Assembly (NCBI RefSeq): GCF_006345805.1
Contig: NC_042997.1
Coordinates: 110,360,001 to 110,424,000 of the forward strand
DNA from: Octopus sinensis
Lineage: Eukaryota
Length of the DNA stretch: 64,000 bases
Direction: 5' to 3'
This document shows, piece by piece, positions 59,836 through 64,000 of this stretch. Position numbers and translations under genes: made by a program. The notes under the pieces are model-generated. The model was not told where the DNA came from. It worked only from the letters and a program-made list of their open reading frames with translations, and did no database searches. The stretch's first letter is position 1. Every line of letters begins with the position of its first letter.

Positions 59836-60444
59836 GTAAGTATTTTCACCGTTTTTATATATCACAAAATGTCAGTACAAAAAATATTCAGGCTTTTCTA
59901 AATTCTTCCAGACTTAATATTGATAATTATATTTTTCTGTGGCTGAGTTTTTCTTGTTATTTTGATGACAGCTGGTGAAGCTGTGAGGCCTTGAGGTAAG
60001 GGGTGTTGAGCTTCCAATCATAGTTGTGGGTTCAAATTCTGAACCAGGTAGCTCGTTATGTTCTTGAGCAAAGCACTTCAAAAGAAGCCTATTTGTGTGT
60101 GTGTGTTTGTGTCTCTTTGTCTTGACATCGCATGTGATAGTTGTAAAGCAGTGTTGTTCATTTCAAATATTTTGCAAAATCAGGTGCTTGGAAACAGATG
60201 AGGGTTGACTACAGGAAGGGCATCCAGCTGTAGAAAATCTGTCTCAACAAACTCAACCTGATCCATGCAGGAATGGAAAGGTGGGCATCAAAAAGAGGAT
60301 GTGGTCAGACAGATGTTCATATATGGCTTATAAAGAATATTCAAGTGATGTATGAAGAAGCTGAAAAGAAAATTACAATTAATATTAAGGAGATGTACTC
60401 GCATAGCAAGTAATTTGATCTGAGATCGTGTGCTGAAACGAAAA

Positions 60445-60714
60445 CAATTGCAGCGTGGAAGGTGTTTATAAGCCATTTAAGAAACACACAAAAGCCATTC
60501 GATTCACTTCAACATTTAAGTTTAATTTGTCAAAATATTTTCGTCGCTAAAATCCGCGACCTGTTCACTGACAAAAATCCGTGAGATGCAGTGAACAGGT
60601 CGCGGATTTTAGCGACGAAAATATTTTGACAAATTAAACTTAAATGTTGAAGTGAATCGAACGGCTTTTGTGTGTTTCTTAAATGGCTTATAAACACCTT
60701 CCACGCTGCAATTG
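60445..60714. mobile_element. Near-perfect palindrome (126-bp arms, 18-nt loop), Penelope-terminal-like, each arm with a variant hammerhead-like core
   Basis: Arms 60445-60570 and 60589-60714 differ at about one position. Related older copy at 15645-15930. Confidence 0.8.
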
Positions 60715-61504
60715 AATTAATATTAAATTATATGAAAAAACTTGTAGTATTTGGATGGGTATTCACCAAGGGGCTGTTCTCAGTCCTGCATTATTCATTG
60801 TAGCTTTTGAGGCAATATGAGAGATTGGAAGTCAGTATTCTTGGCAATTTTTGCATTCTGTTGATGTATAAGATATGAGGAAGTGAAAGAAAATCAATAA
60901 CAGAACTGAACAGTAATTCAGTAGAAAGATCAATCACATCTGCTTAAATTAATAAGGGTGTGTTGGGGGGAGGGGGCTGGTAGCTAAATTACTGATTGGT
61001 TCATTTTCTGTTAAGAGTATTCACTTTTTCATGTTTTCATGGGTCAAACGGAATTAATTTAAACAGATTTTCTATAGCTGGATGCCCTTTCTGTGTCCAA
61101 CACTCACCTGTTTCCAGACAAGGTAATATTTCCCCAAGGCTGGGCATATTTTCATGAATACAGTTGGAAATGAACAACGCTGCTTGTATGGTGATGCTCA
61201 TTTATGACCATTATGCAACGTCAACACAAGGCAACACACACACACATCTTTTGATATGATGGACATCTTTCAGTTTCTCTCTATCCAATCCACTGACAAG
61301 GTTTGGTAAGCCTTGGGCTATAGGTGAATGCATTTTCCCTTGGTGCCATGCAGTGAGGATGAACCTGAGACTATCATCATATGTTTGTTTTCCATGCTGG
61401 CATGGGTTGGACAGCTTGACATGGAGCTGGTCAGCCAAAGAGCTGCCTGGACCCCATGTCCATTTTGGTATGGTTTCTATGGCTGGATGCCCTTGAAATG
61501 AATT

Positions 61505-62190
61505 TGTTAACTACAAGGACAGTTGTGTGAAAAAGTGTCACACCCTAACAGTGGAAGGAACCTGTAGAAGAGGTAGACCCAGGAAGACATGGGACGAGGT
61601 GGTGAAGCATGAATGTTGGGCCTCACGGAGGCAATGACAGGAGACCGAGACCTTTGGAGATATGCTGTGATTGAGAAGACCCAGCAAACCAAGTGAGATC
61701 ACAGCCATGGCTAATGCCAGTGTTGCATGACTGGCCCATTTGAAATTGCCCTTGAAGCGTTGGGCAATATGATATGCTTGAGAAGACCTGTTAAGTCAAG
61801 TGAAATCAAAATCATGGTTGTAGCCAATGCCACCTGACTGGCACTCGTGCTGGTGGCACATAATAAGCACCATTCAAGTGTGGGTTGATGCTAGTACCAC
61901 CTCACTGGCTCCCCATGCTGGTGGCACATAAAAAGCACCATTCAAGCATGGTCGATGCCAGTGCTGCCTGACTGGCTTCCATACTGGTGGCACATAAAAA
62001 GCACCATTCAATCATGGTTGATGCCAGTACCACCTGACTGGCCCTTGTGCTGAGGGCATGTAAAAAGCTACCCACTAAACTCTAGGAGTGGTTGGCACTA
62101 GGAAGGGCAGATCAGATTGGAGACTGGCGCAGCCTACTAGCTTGTCAGTCCTCAGTTAAGCCGTCCAACCCATGCCAGCATGGAAAATCA
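61505..62190 (+). mobile_element. RTE 3' end (ORF2 tail + 3' UTR)
   Basis: Encodes DSCVKKCHTLTVEGTCRRGRPRKTWDEVVKH, followed by the family 3' UTR repeats. Confidence 0.7.
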
Positions 62191-62634
62191 TGGAATGTCC
62201 TCAGTTACAACGATGTGGGTTCCAGTTGATCCAATCAATGGAACAGCCTACTTGTGAAATTACTGTGCAAGTGGCTGAGCACTCCACAGACATGCGTGTA
62301 CCCTTAACATAGTTCTTGGGGAGATTCAGCGTGACACAGTGTGACAAGGCTGGCCCTTTTGAAATACAGGTACAACAGAAACAGGAAGAAAGAGTGAGAG
62401 AAAGCTGTGGTGAAAGAGTACAGCAGGGTTTGCCACCACCTTCTGCCAGAGCCTCGTGGAGCTTTAGGTGTTTTCACTCAAACACTCAGAATGCCCAGTC
62501 TGGGAATCAAAACCACAATTCTACAACCGTGAGTCCGCTGCCCTAACCACTGGGCCATTGTGCCTCCACGCACATAAAATGGACATTAAATGATGATGAC
62601 GAGTACCATGCCTGCACCTATATGCTGCCTTGTA

Positions 62635-62668
<34 letters not shown>

Positions 62669-63073
62669 ATATATATATATATATTATATGCACCACACAC
62701 ACGCACGACCAAATTATTTTCTATTTGCTGATTCAAACCACAACTAGATACAGATTATACTGTTGTAAGGGGTGGGAGCACTGTTTGATGAAGCACTTTC
62801 ATTAAGACAGGGTTGGAGGACTCCTTTAGTTTTTGTGTTATATCACCGTTCAAGTTCTGCTCCTGTAGCTTCATTGCCAGTGTGGGTCAGTCTTAAAATC
62901 CAACTTCTGTCCTACTTCCTCATATCTCTTAGTTTACTCATCCTTTTGCAATGTCACTTGGCTGCCATGCTTAGTACAGTCGTATGGTTTTTGGCAGACG
63001 CAATGCCTGAATCCTGCAGATGAAGTTTATAAATTCATCCCTTATTCTTCTGTGTGAAATTTGTAATGGAACA

Positions 63074-63960
63074 CAGGCTGTCCAAAAAGCCTCTCTGCAG
63101 TATTTTATTGCTAAATAATCATAAGATGGTATATAAGACTACAAAAGAATATATTAGACGTTACAAAACTTTATAAGAGGTGTTGAAAGTGTTGTCTTTC
63201 ATTTTCAATACATAAGTTGACTCTTCTACACATGTTTTGAAATACATCTTGGAGATTCTGATGTGGTATGGACCGTGCAAAGGTTATGATTGTGTGTTTT
63301 TGCTCATTAATGGTTTTTGGGTGATTCCTGTACACTGATCCTTTACTTGCTCTCCAGAAAAAAAAAAGTCTGGCGGTGTTAAATCAAGTGATCTTTGTGG
63401 CCAAAGTCCTTTCAAAATAATCCGTTCACCGAAAAACTCTTCAAGTAGTGCCATGGTGTTGAAAATGTCGTCCTTCATTTACAAAACATAAGATTTAATT
63501 TGCCTTTTACTGCCGTTTGAGCACTTCCTAGATTGATTTCCGTTTCCTGTGACAATTTGCATAAGGACTTTGACGGGATTGCCAACAGTTTATCAGAAAT
63601 ATTGCAGAGTGTTTCGTCTGAAAGAACAGTAGGCCTACTGCTTCTTGCTGCGTCTTCCACTGAGCCTGTGTTTCTAAATTTTCTAACCAAATCCCCCAAA
63701 TAGTGTCACGATGTGGAACAACAGTATTTGGAAAAGTTTCACTGAACTTCTGTTTCACCATATCTGTGTATTCATTTCCAGCTCGAAACACCCATTCAAC
63801 TAAAAATGTACGTTCTTCAATGGTTGGCATGTCGACACGCTGAAGGGTACACAATGACTGAGGGACAATGGCCAATGCCTAGCCATCCACGCAGTGATAG
63901 CCAAGTTGCACATGTGCAGGATTAAAAAATTCACTGTGGAGAGACTTTTTGAACACCCTG
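63074..63960 (-). mobile_element. Tc1/mariner-like transposon relic, internally deleted
   Basis: Imperfect TIRs caggctgtccaaaaag / ctttttgaacaccctg + TA. HTH-like RKFRNTGSVED..RS.RP and LWPQRSLDLTPPDFF (WPPRSPDL motif). Confidence 0.8.
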
Positions 63961-64000
63961 TATGACTCGCTGAATACTGTGTGGACTGTGATTCTTGTCG

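Overview
AT-rich, repeat-dense eukaryotic genomic DNA. The SINE families, RTE LINEs and microsatellite load suggest an octopus or other cephalopod; this is an inference. Two intron-containing genes were assembled by hand on the minus strand with consistent GT-AG phases. APEX2 has 6 coding exons over 1597-24100 (567 aa; ExoIII/APE domain, two PIP-box-like motifs, C-terminal Zf-GRF). UBL4A has 4 coding exons over 31704-46959 (146 aa). A probable third gene begins on the plus strand with a signal-peptide exon at 59732-59835 and is unidentified. The rest is mobile DNA: a young 5'-truncated RTE LINE with an uninterrupted 825-codon frame in APEX2 intron 3, decayed RTE, Dong/R4-like and HERO-like LINE pieces, mariner and Tc1 relics, many MITEs and several tRNA-derived SINE families. 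The most unusual signal is a set of at least five unrelated non-coding elements carrying type I hammerhead-ribozyme-like folds (Penelope/retrozyme style): (1) a 247-nt direct-repeat unit bounded by two identical hammerheads (27234-27547); (2) a nearly canonical hammerhead at 53772-53832; (3) a palindromic family whose core has the 3:8 pair swapped to G3:C8 (15.7 kb, 60.5 kb); (4) a foldback whose inverted arms form stem I of a central hammerhead (26268-26836); (5) a tRNA-like core between inverted hammerhead-bearing arms, fused to the 5' end of the RTE inside one apparent target-site duplication. All folds were derived by eye and no activity has been shown.
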